A stretch of 64,000 nucleotides of DNA from Octopus vulgaris (Eukaryota), in contig CATOCA020000001.1 of the NCBI GenBank assembly GCA_951406725.2, positions 1,736,001-1,800,000 of the forward strand. Reading direction: 5' to 3'. The notes beneath the pieces are model-generated. The model worked only from the letters and a program-made list of their open reading frames with translations. It was not told where the DNA came from and searched no databases. A program made the position numbers and the translations under genes. Position 1 is the first letter of the stretch, and every line of letters begins with the position of its first letter. Below are positions 25,311-38,411 of the stretch, in pieces.

Positions 25311-27070
25311 ATGAACGCTGCAACCACGTGCGTTAACAGCCCTGTCACCACCGCCACCACCACCACTAACAACAGCAACCACGAGACAACAACTGCTACC
25401 ACCACCACCTCCACCACCACCACCACCACTACCACGACCAACATAAATGATAAAAATAAAACTGAAACGAAAACTATTGACAAAAACAACAGCAACAACA
25501 AGAACAACAATAAAAATGAACTATCTAATAGTGAAGATGCCAATACAAAAAAGTCAACAACAGTAAATTTCGCAGATATTCTTCGCCAGAAAAAGGAGAT
25601 TGTTACATTCACAAATGAAGAGCTCATAGAAACAAGAGCTCTCTTTACAACCCGTGGACAAGATTTAGTCCTGCATACACCTCAACATATAAAACAAGAA
25701 ATTGAAAATAAGACAATTGTATATAAAATTATTAGAAAAAACAAAAAACCAAATGAACAGATTACAAAAACTGATGTGGAGAAATGTTTAAAAAACATAA
25801 TGAAAGAAAAAGAGTATATAAACTGGGGTCCCCAGTTTAACACAGTAGTGGTCCGCTTCCCTAACCAGGAAGTGGCAAAAGCTCACTCTACTGAGTCTCT
25901 GGGAAATGATGAAATCATCATGGTCCCTTATTATAAAAACCAGAGGGTGAGTAGAATTACTATCAGAAATGTATCCCCCGATATGCCGAACAAATGGATA
26001 ACAGGGGCAATCTGTTACCACTTGAAAAAGATCAATATTCTAGAAACAGCCGTGTACCTAAACGACAATTGGGGTGGAAAAACAGTAGTTGTGACCATCC
26101 AGATTGAGGGGGCCTCTATCGAGAGCCTACCCGACAAGATATACTTGGAGAATGGGCAATGCCTATATGTTATGGCAGAAGGCAAAAAGCCTAGATGCTA
26201 CAAATGTGGCAGCCCCGAACATTTGATTGCCAAGTGCGATCTGGTACAGAAAAAACAAGAAAGAACAATTCAGAAAACAAATAAAATCCCTTTGTTGCCA
26301 ACACCAACACCAACACACTCAATTATGGAACAACGCCAAGAAAAACAACAAACCAGCAAACAAACCCCAACAACATCACCAAGAAAAACAGTACCAACAC
26401 AATCACCGTTGACGTCACAACCAATTAAACTTGTTGAATCTTCAAAAAATCGACCCACACCCACACCCAGGACGACAATTAAAAAGACAGAAAACACTGA
26501 CGAGAAGACAAATGCTACCCCTAACACCACAACAACACAAACACCGCACAAAACATCAACAATTTATACAAGCATACATAGTGATCCTGTTCTTTTTCCT
26601 CTACCCCATACTGATACGTCGGACGACGAAAGTTCGACGGAATGGCAAATAGCCACAGGGGTAAAAGAAAAAGATCCAAAAAATCCACCAAACAAGGAAT
26701 TAAAGCAGGGAGATATCTAACTCAGGACAACATTCCCCTAGACAATCAAAAAAGTAATGAACCCGTAAAACCACACACACAACTAACTGCAATAGACACA
26801 GACAATAAAGAATTAATGGACTACATCAAATCTAACATGGTCGTCTGTGAAGATGATTTTAAGACAAACAATCATCCGCACACCACACCACCGAAACACA
26901 TCAGAATTTTACACATAACACAAGCACAACACCACATACTGAAAACATTATTTCCGAATGCGGTAGGCGGGTATCAACGATACCTGTCGAAAAAACTATA
27001 CAAACACCTCATCAAAAACGATACAAAAGAAGAAGAAGAAAAAAATGAAACTTTTAAAATGAGTAAGTGA
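25311..27070 (+). pseudogene. Tx1 ORF1, gag-like, one frameshift near 26660
   Basis: CYKCGSPEHLIAKC zinc knuckle; ORFs 25296-26720 and 26642-27070 overlap and the basic GKRKRSKK stretch resumes in the second frame. Confidence 0.8.
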
Positions 27071-27137
27071 CCTCACTTCTTGCCTCTTGTCTCTTCTAAT
27101 ATAGTGTGTAAAACACAATTTTCGTAAATTGTCAAGT

Positions 27138-30100
27138 ATGCTTAAATTAGGTTGTGTGAATGCGCGTGGCTTGGCGTCGGCTTGGAAGCAAGGTTACCTT
27201 CTAAACGACATCAAGTCACTGGACGTGGATATAGTAGCTATCAGCGAAACCAGACTCAGTAAGCCGCGGGCCCTCGAGTCCATGTTTGGCAATCAATTTG
27301 ACATTTATTTTTCTCCCTGTCTGCCGAACATGGGTGGTGGAGGTACTGCGGTGCTTTTTCGAAAGAGTCTAAAGGTAAAAGTAAGAGCAATATTCCTAGA
27401 CCCGGAGGGTAGGCTGGTTGTCTTGGACGTGGATGGCAGAAATGGGTGTGCATTCCGTCTGATGGCAGTTTATGCACCGTCCTTAACGGGTCGGGCGGAT
27501 TTCTTCAGACGTCTAGAGGTTTTCCTGGGTACGTCTAGACCTTTACTGTTAGTAGGGGATTGGAACGCTACCTTGGACACGCATCTAGATTATGTGGGAA
27601 GGGATAGGAATAGAAGGGGGTGTAAGAGCCTCAAAGACCTGCTCAGACGTTTCCATTTGTCTGACAGGTTCCGACTCGACCATCCGAACGTGCCAACGTG
27701 GACTTGGACAAACCGCGTCGGATCGTCGAGATCTTATCTAGATAGAATTCTATGCAGGACAGCGGATAGGGATAGTGTAGGATGTCCACAATTTAAAATA
27801 GTCAGCTACACAGATCACAAATTTGTTACGTGTACGCTCGACTTAGATAAAACACATAGGCAGGGTCCCGGTTACTGGAAACTGAACACGTCGCTGTTAG
27901 CGCGACAGGTTTACAGGAACCGGATTAGCGAGTTAATTAAGAGGGCGCTGACGGGAGCGGTCGTTAACAACCGCTGGTGGTACGCCCTGAAAATGGCAAT
28001 AAAATCGGAATCAATTAGGTTTAGCAAGGAATTAGCGATAGAACGAAATAGAGTAGAGGGAGACTTAGTTAAGAAACTAGAAGAGGCACTTACCACTGGC
28101 AGCGCAACCAACGTGCTGGCTGCGAGGATGGCCCTCGACCAACACCTCAACGCCAAGCACGAAGGTTGCGTCGTCAGAGCTAAAATGCGTGCCTTAAGGA
28201 ACGAAGGGATTGAAGCTGCGCGAGAGGCCCGGGTAGCGGAGGCGCAGCGTGGCAACAGATCAACCATTCGGTCTCTAATAGATCAACAGGGATGCAGTTT
28301 ACTCGAACCCGAAAGGATGTGTGAGGCCTTTCAACAGCACTTTGCTCGACTGTTTGGTGCGAGTGGTGGGTCGGAACGAGGGATGGATTTCAGTGCCTAC
28401 CTGACCGACCTGCCGCGGCTCTCGGCAAGAGAGGCGGAGTGTTGTGAAAGTCCCATCACAGCCGCTGACGTGTGGGATGCGATGGCGGGCTGCGCGAGGG
28501 ATAAGTCGCCTGGATTGGATGGTTTACCCTACGAGCTGTATTGTCGAATGCCAGACTTGTTTGGCGACCTCTTGGCATCAGTCTACTGCAACTGGCAACA
28601 AAACGGGAGAATCCCCGGTTTCGTGAGCCGAGGTGCAGTGACGTTGCTGAAGAAAGACTCAAACAAGGGGAATTTTATAGATAATTTCAGGCCCATCACT
28701 CTGCTCAACGCAGATTTGAAAATTTTGGCCAAAGTAATAGCCGAGAGGTTGGCGCTTGTCATTGGTAAACTGGTCGACAGGGCGCAAACATGCGCCGTGC
28801 CGGGCAGAACCATACATGACAACCTCCATCTGATGCGCTACATTGTGGACAGGGTAGTTAAGGATCCTGGCATGGGTGGGGCGCTGATCAATTTGGATCA
28901 GTCTAAAGCCTTCGATAGGGTCGACCATCGGTACTTGGCGGCCGTCCTCAGGGCGGCTGGCTTCGGTCCCGTCTTCCGCGGTTGGATCGCTGCCTTGTAT
29001 AGCGGCATCCGATCGGTGATTCGGGTGAACGGTCACCTGTCGAAACCGTTTGACATCACGCGTTCGGTCCGTCAGGGGTGTCCCCTGTCGGCGCTTCTGT
29101 ATGTATTGACTCTCGAGCCGCTACTGCGGAAGCTGGCGACACTGAGGGGCATCCCACGGGAACTGGGTTGCGGGACGAGCGTGTCGGCATATGCGGACGA
29201 TGTCACCGTCATAGTGTCGAGCTACCAGCACATCGAGCTGGTCGGCGAGACACTAAAAAATACGAAACGGTGACGGGAGCAAAGATTAACCCGGAAAAGT
29301 CAGTGGGTTTGCTACTCGGCACCTGGAGAAGCAAGCCCATGCCGTCCGACTGCGGCTCAGTAGTGGGACGCTGGACGGACGGACCGGTTAAATTGCTCGG
29401 GGTCTGGTTCAGTCCGGACCTCCAAATGGATAAGAACTGGGACGAGATCACGAGTAGAGTGGTCGCTCTCAGCCAAACATGGGCCGAGAGAAAGCTGTCT
29501 CTAAAAGGCCGGGCGGAGGTGGCGAACGCGTACATCGCATCCGTCATCGATTACCGCCTGACCGTCGTACCTTGTCCCGACGCCACCATCACCAAACTGG
29601 AACGCATACTCTTCCGCTTCCTGTGGAAGGGTGGCGTTCCGATGGTGAGGAAGTCCATTTGCTGTCAACATCCGTTGAATGGAGGACTGGGCATGCCGTG
29701 GTTGATGATGCGCAGGCATGCGCTGAGACTGCGACATCTCTGGAAATTCATCGACGACGGTGAACAGGTGTGGGCGCCGTTTGTGAGGCGCGACTTCCCG
29801 CAGCTCGTCTCACTGACCGAACTGCAAACGTGGATCAAAAAGAGACCGAAACTGGGCGATTGGCACCGAGAGTGTCGCCAAGCTCTACAGCAGCTCTGCC
29901 GACCGGGGTCAAACTTGTGCAACTTCAAACGACTAAAGCGTTCTATAGAGGACTAGTGGAGGGGAGGTCCGACGACACACTCGGGGCAAACCTGGGCGTC
30001 GACGAGAAATTCCTAACCCGCCTGTTCAGGACGACGTTCGGGCCGGGGCCTATGGATAACTTCCAGAAATCCCTGGCTTGGCAGTGCTATCGAGACGCAC

Positions 30101-30576
30101 TACCTGTTCGAGAGAAGAGCTACAGACACGGTTCGAAAACCATCACCGGACCGACCTGCCCGAGATGCGGTCAGAGCGACGAAACCGTTCTGCACGCACT
30201 CGTTCAGTGTCCAGATATTTCAGAGCTGTTGTCCTTCGTCGAACAGCTGTTGTCACGTGTAGGTCAGGCTCGCCTATCGGCCGAGTCTATTGTGGATATT
30301 GTTCCACCACCTTCCTTTAAACGGGAAGGGAAAACGGTTTTCGTTACGCTGATGGCTATGGCGAAAGAATGTGTGTGGTGGACGCGTTTGAAAGGACTGC
30401 AAACAAACACCTTCCTCTCTGGTCAGTCTCTCGTCAACTTTTTCAAGTACCACTTGAAAAGGAGGATGAGAATAGAGAGGAAGGCTTTGTCGAACGAATG
30501 TTTTAATAAAAAGTGGGTAAAAGTGGCAAAAATGGTCAGTATGAAAGACGACACTATTTTAAGCATAAATCTGTAA
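27138..30576 (+). pseudogene. Tx1 ORF2 (AP endonuclease, RT, C-terminal zinc finger), frameshifts near 29260 and 29925
   Basis: NARGL, SET, GDWN, SYLDRI, TDH (APE); KSPGLDG, FRPITLLN, KAFDRV, QGCPLS, YADD (RT); CPRC...HALVQC. Confidence 0.93.
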
Positions 30577-31351
30577 CCAAAAGAGACAACGAGAAGTAAG
30601 GCGACTTACTCATGTGTTCTTTTTCGAATTGTCTGAGGTGACCTTGGTCTTTTTTGTAGGTTTTTCTTTCCAAGGCTACACCTAAACTGTGAACCTTATA
30701 TATATATATATTGCTTTTTTATACACCACACAACCCACAGATCCCTATTGATCAAACGTTTTTTTTTTGTGCCCCACCCATCCCACCTCGAAAAGAAAAA
30801 ATTCTACATTGTATTTCGTCCATTTTTATTCTGTGTTTAGCCCTGTGTGGCTACAATAAAAAGTTATCTATCTATCTATCTATCGGTCTGTCTGTCTGTT
30901 GGTCTATATCTATCTATCTACCTATCTTTCTATTTATCTATCTATTTGGTGGTGGTGGCGGTAGCCGGAGCAGTCAGTGAAAGAAAGCGATGTGAAAGAC
31001 TGTGGTGATGGTGGTGGAGGGGAAAGTGACGAAGTCAAATATATTGATGGTGGTGGCGTCAGAAGTCTGAATCATGTGTGTATGGCAGTTGAGGTAGCAA
31101 CGGTAGTGGCGCTGGTGATAGTCAACAGAAAGAGAAAGAGGGAGAGAGAGAAAGAAGGAGGTTAGACAGAAAATATTGCATTGACCCCTTAACGGGAAGA
31201 CAAAAGATGTTGTTTATCCTGCAACTTTGCAATAAGTTGTTCATTGCTTGAAAAATATCGGTCAAGTTGAAAAAGATTTAATATGTACTCAATGCATGAA
31301 GTGTCATTGTTGGGCCCAAGGCCCACCTATCAGGCAGCTTTTAAACGAGTG

Positions 31352-31401
<50 letters not shown>

Positions 31402-32259
31402 TATTGAAATGGATAAATGAATTATCTTGTTACAGATTATTCAAATGATAACCGATACCTGGGTAGCAAAAATCACAACAGAAAATCACGGTTGAGGTTA
31501 CGACCATGGGGTCTCAAAACCGTGCCTCAGTGCGGAAATTTGAAGTTTTATATATTTAGTGTAGGAAGAAATGGAGCTGAACGAAGATTTAACAAAATTC
31601 CTTTTTATTATTTTCTACATATGTTTCAAAGGCTGCAAAGTCCCTAATTCGGATTGAATAAGGAGACCATTTTGCAGCCTTCTCTTCAGGAAAATCCAGG
31701 AACTTAATTCTCGAAATGATCGTAGAGCAAGGTGAAATGAAATGCGTTGCTCAAGAACACAACGCCCAAGAACAATCGATCTGAGAATCGATACCACGAT
31801 CTCACAATCGTGAGTGCAACACCCTAATCACTAAGCCATGCGCCTTCATTGGATTATATATATACATACTTTGTTCCTCTTGTATATCTCTTAGACATTG
31901 GTTAAAGCGTATAAGCTGTGTGTGTATCTATCGATCCTAATGTAAAAATTAACATGATTACGTTGAACAAAATGAATTTTCACTGAGGAAAATTATTTGC
32001 AGCATTAAATAATTTTCTTGTTTGAATTAAAGAAAGTACTGGAATTGTGTGAATTATTCTGCCCAGTAGAGTCTGCATCTTCTACTTCTATACAAAATAA
32101 GAAGGAAACATTTTTGCTCTCGGTTAATTGGTATAATTAAAAAGAAAATGAACAAAGACAAACAGTTCCGTAAGGACAAGAAAAGGAAAAGCGCAAAATA
32201 AAATGCTGATTTATTGAAATTATCCAAGCTTTGAGAAAATGTAAATAAATAGTTGTATG

Positions 32260-32292
<33 letters not shown>

Positions 32293-32294
<2 letters not shown>

Positions 32295-33195
32295 TAACTA
32301 TCCAACAAAATGCACAGCAAGCTTTTCGACAAACGCTCGCGAGGAGCCCATGGGATAAATGGCACAAAACTGTCTCTCAATATGCGTTGACGCCAGGCTG
32401 GGTGAAAGCCGACGAAAAAGTCCGTTAAGATAATTCAAGGTCAAAATCCGGTTAACAGGGGGGGGTTGCAGGAAAATCAAAGAGTGTGAATGTATTCTGT
32501 ATGACTGGTGTTAATATTCGAATTGTTTTAAGAATGAGTGCTATAGTGTTTGGGTGTGAGAAATTGCCTACATGTATGTGTGTGTGCGCCTATGTATGTG
32601 TGGCAGTGTGTTTAGAAGGCTGCAAGGGAGAGAGATATAGCAGCTATTAATGGTCAAGCAGCTGAAAAAACTGTGCCTGTGTGTTCGTCTGTAACCAGTT
32701 GATAGAGAGATGGAGTGTCAACAATGGGAGGATACAGTGACATCCCTGACAGCAGTTCTAGATAAGTAGCAGTTCTTACGCTAATAGTGGAGTGATTTCC
32801 CCTTACAAATTTAATTCAAAATTTTTTCTTTTCTTAGGAAATCAAGGGGTTAACTATCTTAGACTTCATTGGAATGCAAGAAATGTGTGCCGCTTCCAGT
32901 GCGGGCATCTAAAAGAATTTTGCACAATCGAGTTAACAAGTTGCCCTCGGGCGAACAGAATATGAAAGAGCTCCGAGTTGCAAAGATTACAGATTCTTTT
33001 GCCTCTATCAAACGGTAAAGACACCGATAAAATCGACCATTCCAGTCTAAAGGTTGAATTCGCGTTCTTCAAACGCCAGACTAATTTACTTAGTCCCGTA
33101 GCGTGTTGCTTTCCATAGTCGTTAGAAACATAGGAAAAGGAAAGTTCCAGAGAAGGGAAGACGGGGGAAAACAATCGCCAACGGTACACATGAGG
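32293..33195 (-). mobile_element. Penelope-like 3' fragment (GIY-YIG C-terminus plus 3' UTR), second family
   Basis: TGLSKLVWRLK...WSIL...CNLCNSE...CPH motif, with a degenerate hammerhead near the 3' end. Confidence 0.75.
32312..32385 (-). ncRNA. Degenerate hammerhead motif at the Penelope-like 3' end
   Basis: GCATA-TTGAGA-GACAG...TTGTC-GAAA-AGCT-TG-C-TGTGC. Confidence 0.4.
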
Positions 33196-33209
33196 TCACA
33201 TTTTGAATG

Positions 33210-33244
<35 letters not shown>

Positions 33245-33548
33245 TTGTCTTTAAGTATTAGAAATAGTTTTAAAAAAGGTTTTTTTAGCTGCTATTTCTA
33301 ATGAGTTCAGTATGCGGCAAAGTAATTTATTTTACTAAGCCCTTTTATATAATGTAATAATTTGAATTCGCCTTAAATGGTCCCTTTGCATACTGAACAC
33401 TTGGTGAAATTGATTAATAATTAATTAATTTTACCCTCAATTGTTGAAATTATATATATATATATATATATATATCAATGTATGTATCTAGCTATCTACA
33501 TACACATATACATACCGATATACATGTATGTATTTATTATTATTTCAG

Positions 33549-33703
33549 CTCAAACAGAATTAAAATATTTGCTATTTACTGTACAGTATTTAGCGAAATG
33601 ACTGAAAGTCAACTGCGGCGCAATATCTCCCAAGTTTTGAACAAATCCCAGGCATTGCATAACATAGGAGTTCAGAAGAGTCACATGAAATTCATTGATG
33701 AAC
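33549..33703 (+). CDS. Adhesion GPCR, candidate extracellular exon (SNRIKIFAIYC...MKFIDE)
   Basis: tttcAG acceptor and strong GTAAGT donor, open frame, phase-1 end matches the next exon. Upstream exons not identified. Confidence 0.6.
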
Positions 33704-35495
33704 GTAAGTAACGTGTTTCTTATTAATTTTATCACCATTACCATCATAATTAGCTTCATCAATCACCATTACCATCCTCTTCGTCGTTGTCATCATCTTC
33801 AACCACAGTGGATGATACCATAGGACACGCACGCACGCGCGCGCATGAACACATACATGCACACAGACTCTCTCCCTTTCTCTCTCTCTCTCTCTCTCTC
33901 ATACATACAACTATTTATTTACATTTTCTCAAAGCTTGGATAATTTCAATAAATCAGCATTTTATTTTGCGCTTTTCCTTTTCTTGTCCTTACGGAATGT
34001 TTGTCTTTGCTCATTTTCTTTTTAATTATACCAATTAACCGAGAGCAAAAATGTTTCCTTCTTATTTTGTATAGAAGTAGAAGATGCAGACTCTACTGGG
34101 CAGAATAATTCACACAATTCCAGTACTTGCTTTAATTAAAACAAGAAAATTATTTAATGCTGCAAATAATTTTCCTCAGTGAAAATTCATTTTGTTCAAC
34201 GTGATCATGTTAATTTTTACATTAGGATCGATAGATACACACACAGCTTATACGCTTTAACCAATGTCTAAGAGATATACAAGAGGAACAAAGTATGTAT
34301 ATATATATAATCCAATGAAAGCGCATGGCTTAGTGATTAGGGTGTTGCACTCACGATTGTGAGATCGTGGTATCGATTCTCAGATCGATTGTTCTTGGGC
34401 GTTGTGTTCTTGAGCAACGCATTTCATTTCACCTTGCTCTACGATCATTTCGACATCTGACGTGTGGCTCCCGTTGTTCGGTAAGAAATTGTCGAACCGT
34501 CATACGTCGTCTAACGACCTGAGAGTCCATGCGAATCCAATGAAAACAAGAAGAGAAAGAAAAGCCTGTAAGAGTCTTTAATTATAAGTTACAAATGTTT
34601 CCGTAATATTTCCATTTGCATCGCCAGTTCTAAACTTCTAAAAGAAAAATTACGTAATATTTGCGGTTTTAGGCATTGGAGAGGAACTTCCTCAGACTTG
34701 CATGAAAGGCGTGCTATTACATTGTGCGTTTAGGTCTGACAGACGCATTTTTACTTGTTACAGCCACTTCACTGTGGCCACGCTGGAGCACCACCTTGAA
34801 GAGTGTTAGTCGAAGAAATCGATCCCAGGAGTTATTCTTTGAAAGCCTAGTGCTAATTTTATCTGTCGCGGTCCTTGGAATTTTCCGAAGGATTCCTGGT
34901 ATTGTAGTGAAAAGGGAGATAATAGAGGGGTAGGCAGTATGTTGACGTTTGAATTGCGAGTTGCGATTCGAGTCTGTATCAGTATCATGGGTCATATATA
35001 AATATAAAAGTCTTTACAAATTGTTATTTCTGGTGATATTGACCAAGACTTTTGATTCTCAGTTACATTCTCATAAATGACCAGCTCAAATTTTTTCCCA
35101 AATTAAGCATTTCTTATCCAGAAAATCAAACTCATTTCAACCTTCTTTAATCAGCATCTACCTCTTTCAACGACTTCTTGTATGTCGCTGTTATACATGT
35201 CCATACTTTGCACATATCTCAGTCGGAAAGTATTTCTTTCCTATTATATCATGGAAAGTTCATGGTGAACCACTTTCGAGCGAAATCATTAATAGATCGG
35301 TGTTAAAGTCATGCCTGGCTTGCCTCAAGGGGGATAATATTTCGAAAATGTCCGATATTTTTAATATTTTTGATAGCGTAAGAGAATATCGCTCTCCATA
35401 TGTGTTTCTAACACTTCATGGTACATGGTTCTCAAATCAGCCAGCACGTCCAAACTATTTATTTACAACAGCAACTGCTGCTGCTACTGCTATTT

Positions 35496-35583
<88 letters not shown>

Positions 35584-35796
35584 AACTACTACATCAGCAA
35601 TACCAACATCACAACACCACCACTATCACAACCACCACCACCACCACCACAACCATCACCACCACCACCACCACCACCACCACCACCACAACCAACACCA
35701 ATACCACTACCAACACCGCCATCACTTTTGCATCTAATATTTCAGCTCAGAGCAACTGTAATTCCCTTAAATTTCATGTTAAATTTTCCATTGCAG

Positions 35797-36025
35797 GAAA
35801 CATCGACAGTATTTTGGAGGAGGTTTTAGATGTATCCCAGAAATCAGTGTATTTCAAAGAAGATGTTGAATTGACTGTAGACCTTCACGAGAAAATGGTG
35901 CCACTTGTATCGACTGTGTCGGCCAATATAACTTTGAACCACACACTTCGTAGTATCAACAATTTGTTAAACATACCAGAGGAGGTTCTGGCCGAGACAG
36001 AACAAGAGAATAGAAGTGCCAACAG
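35797..36025 (+). CDS. Adhesion GPCR exon, helical GAIN subdomain A (NIDSILEEVLDVSQKS...EQENRSANR)
   Basis: ttgcAG / GTAATA, phase 1 to phase 2, amphipathic helices typical of the GAIN N-terminal part. Confidence 0.8.
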
Positions 36026-36104
36026 GTAATATTCAAATCACTTTTGGTAGTAGTAGTAGTAGTAGTAGTAGTAGTAATAATGGTGGTGGTGGTGGTAGTG
36101 GTAG

Positions 36105-36138
<34 letters not shown>

Positions 36139-36179
36139 TAATAATAATAATAATGATGATGATGATGATGATAATAATG

Positions 36180-36225
<46 letters not shown>

Positions 36226-36245
36226 TGATGATGATGATAATAATG

Positions 36246-36304
<59 letters not shown>

Positions 36305-36324
36305 TATAATAATGATAATAATAA

Positions 36325-36680
36325 TACCAGCAGATGACAACGTGTCTCTACAAGAAATGGAGAAACTTTCAAAATACAAGGACCTGGAAATAGAGGTAAC
36401 TCGAACGTGGAATAATTCACACAGAAACAATTCCTATCATAGTGAGCGCATTAAGTATGATGTAAAAAACATTCAGACAAATACATAAGAAAAACACCAG
36501 GACTAACAAATATACATAACTTACAGAAAATAGTACTACTAGGCACTGCACATATACTACGTAAAACACATTCAATAAAGTAACCATAAGAGCGTCACAG
36601 CAAACCACAGCACATACCCAAGGCACACATAGCTGCGCTCGATAGTGAAGTGAAAGCACGTTATAAAAATAAGACTACTG
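36325..36680 (+). mobile_element. 5'-truncated R4/Dong-type RLE LINE 3' fragment in (ATA)n
   Basis: IPADDNVSLQEMEKLSKYKDLEIEVTRTW resembles the RLE C-terminus of the 51-55 kb element; TAA repeats on both sides. Confidence 0.8.
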
Positions 36681-36958
36681 AATAATAATAATAATAATAA
36701 TAATGATGATGATGATGATGATGATGATAAGAAGAAGAAGAAGAAAAGTAAAAAGAAATAGATCCCGCGGTCATATATGGAGCGGCATAAATAATAAAAG
36801 TTGTTGCATCAATGCTAACAACAACAACAGAAGTATTAGAAGCAAGAGTAGCATGCAAAAATTTGTTAAGCGGAATAATTAGTGTAATTACACCTAAAGC
36901 TAATTACGTATTCGAAACACATTGTTAATGGAAAGTCGTTTTCTTGATTTCCTCACAG

Positions 36959-37130
36959 ATTGCTGCATCTTATACAAGAAATCCCAAAAAAGATTCCACT
37001 GGAGGAGCAGCAAGTCACAGCTATCTATTCTAATCTTGGTATTGGTGTTGCCAAAGTGAATCCGGACGCATTCGATGGTCTTTTCTATGGGGTTTCCTAC
37101 GGAACCAATGAAACAGAAGCCAAAACATGG
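36959..37130 (+). CDS. Adhesion GPCR exon, GAIN (LLHLIQEIPKKIPLEEQQVTAIYSNLGIGV...AKTW)
   Basis: cacAG / GTACCA, phase 2 to phase 0, in frame with the previous exon. Confidence 0.8.
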
Positions 37131-37249
37131 GTACCAAAAGTTCTCATGATTACTCTCTTGTTCTAAACACCCAAGTTGATAAAATACATTAGAATGGAAT
37201 ATAATTACGTTTATTGTTATGTAAAGTAAGACAAGATGTCTATGCATGT

Positions 37250-37291
37250 ATCTATCTACCTGTCTGTCTGTATACAATCTATCTATCTATA

Positions 37292-37329
<38 letters not shown>

Positions 37330-37802
37330 GCTATCTATCTATCGATCGATTTATCTATCTACCTACCTACCTACCTACCTACCTACCTACCTACCTACCT
37401 ACCTACCTACCTACCTACCTACTTACCTACCTACCTACCTACCTACCTACCTACCTACCTACATACCTACCTACCTACCTACCTACCTACCTACCTACCT
37501 ACCTACCTACCTACCTACCTACCTACCTACCTACCTACCTACCTACCTACCTACCTACCTACCTACCTACCTACCTACCTACCTACCTACCTACCTACCT
37601 ACCTACATACCTACCTACCTACCTACCTACCTACCTACATACCTACCTACCTACCTACCTACCTACCTACCTACCTACCTACCTACCTACCTACCTACCT
37701 ACCTACATACCTACCTACCTACCTACCTACCTACTACCTACCTACCTACCTACCTACCTACCTACCTACCTACCTACCTACCTACCTACCTACCTACCTA
37801 CC
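37250..37802. repeat. (ATCT)n then (ACCT)n microsatellite
   Basis: Directly visible. Confidence 0.97.
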
Positions 37803-38216
37803 TTTCTCCTTGGTTCCTTCCTTCGAATTCGGTGCGTGTGTATATTTGATGAAATAGTTTGACTTTAGCGTCTCGTTACAGCGTGTGGCTTTACTTATTG
37901 TAATCACACTTATTGTGATAATGCATTTAAAAAAATTATATACCTCGTATTAATTTTTTCCGTAATTGATTTTACAAGGTGGCTACTTAATAAAATATAA
38001 ATTTTATCCTTACATTCTATATATATATATATGTATATATATACATATATATATATATATATTAGAAAAACACTTTTTAGCAATTCAAAATGAACAATTA
38101 AATTACACCATCTAGAAAATTACATATAATAGAAATTTTAAAATTAAAATAACAATAATATACCGAAGATTAAGTAAATTGCAAAAAAATAATAGAAACG
38201 TATATATTTGGTAGAA

Positions 38217-38324
38217 TAACGACACGTGTTTCGTGACCATATTTAAGAAATGATTATAGTAAAAAAATTTAATAATAGTAGTAGTAAAATCACTTCGATA
38301 TGAATATTGCCACCCATCAGGTTA
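38217..38324 (-). ncRNA. Type I hammerhead motif with long stem II, core CUGAUGG
   Basis: TAAC-CTGATGG-GTGGC...GTCAC-GAAA-CACGTG-TC-GTTA. Confidence 0.7.
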
Positions 38325-38364
38325 GAATAAACTAGAATAATAAAATAATCACTTAATAAATATA

Positions 38365-38411
<47 letters not shown>

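Larger units (their letters stand above)
24986..30864 (+). mobile_element. Tx1-clade non-LTR retrotransposon, near full length
   Basis: ORF1 with CCHC knuckle, ORF2 with APE-RT-zinc finger, 3' UTR ending AATAAAAAG, (ATCT)n on both sides. Confidence 0.9.
31711..34453. repeat. ~580-bp inverted duplication (arms about 31711-32290 and 33878-34453)
   Basis: Arms are reverse complements with only a handful of differences seen by eye. Confidence 0.95.

Noticed and set aside
32820-32870. SECIS after the Penelope-like ORF, as in selenoprotein-coding Naiad elements
   Set aside because: AUGA is present at the stop but no pairing 3' strand was seen.
35418-35796. Mucin-like Thr/His stalk as part of the GPCR
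   Set aside because: It is (ACT)n/(ACC)n microsatellite upstream of a good acceptor at 35796; treated as intron, though an alternative acceptor cannot be excluded.
37236-37862. PTYL-repeat ORFs
   Set aside because: Translations of the (ACCT)n microsatellite.
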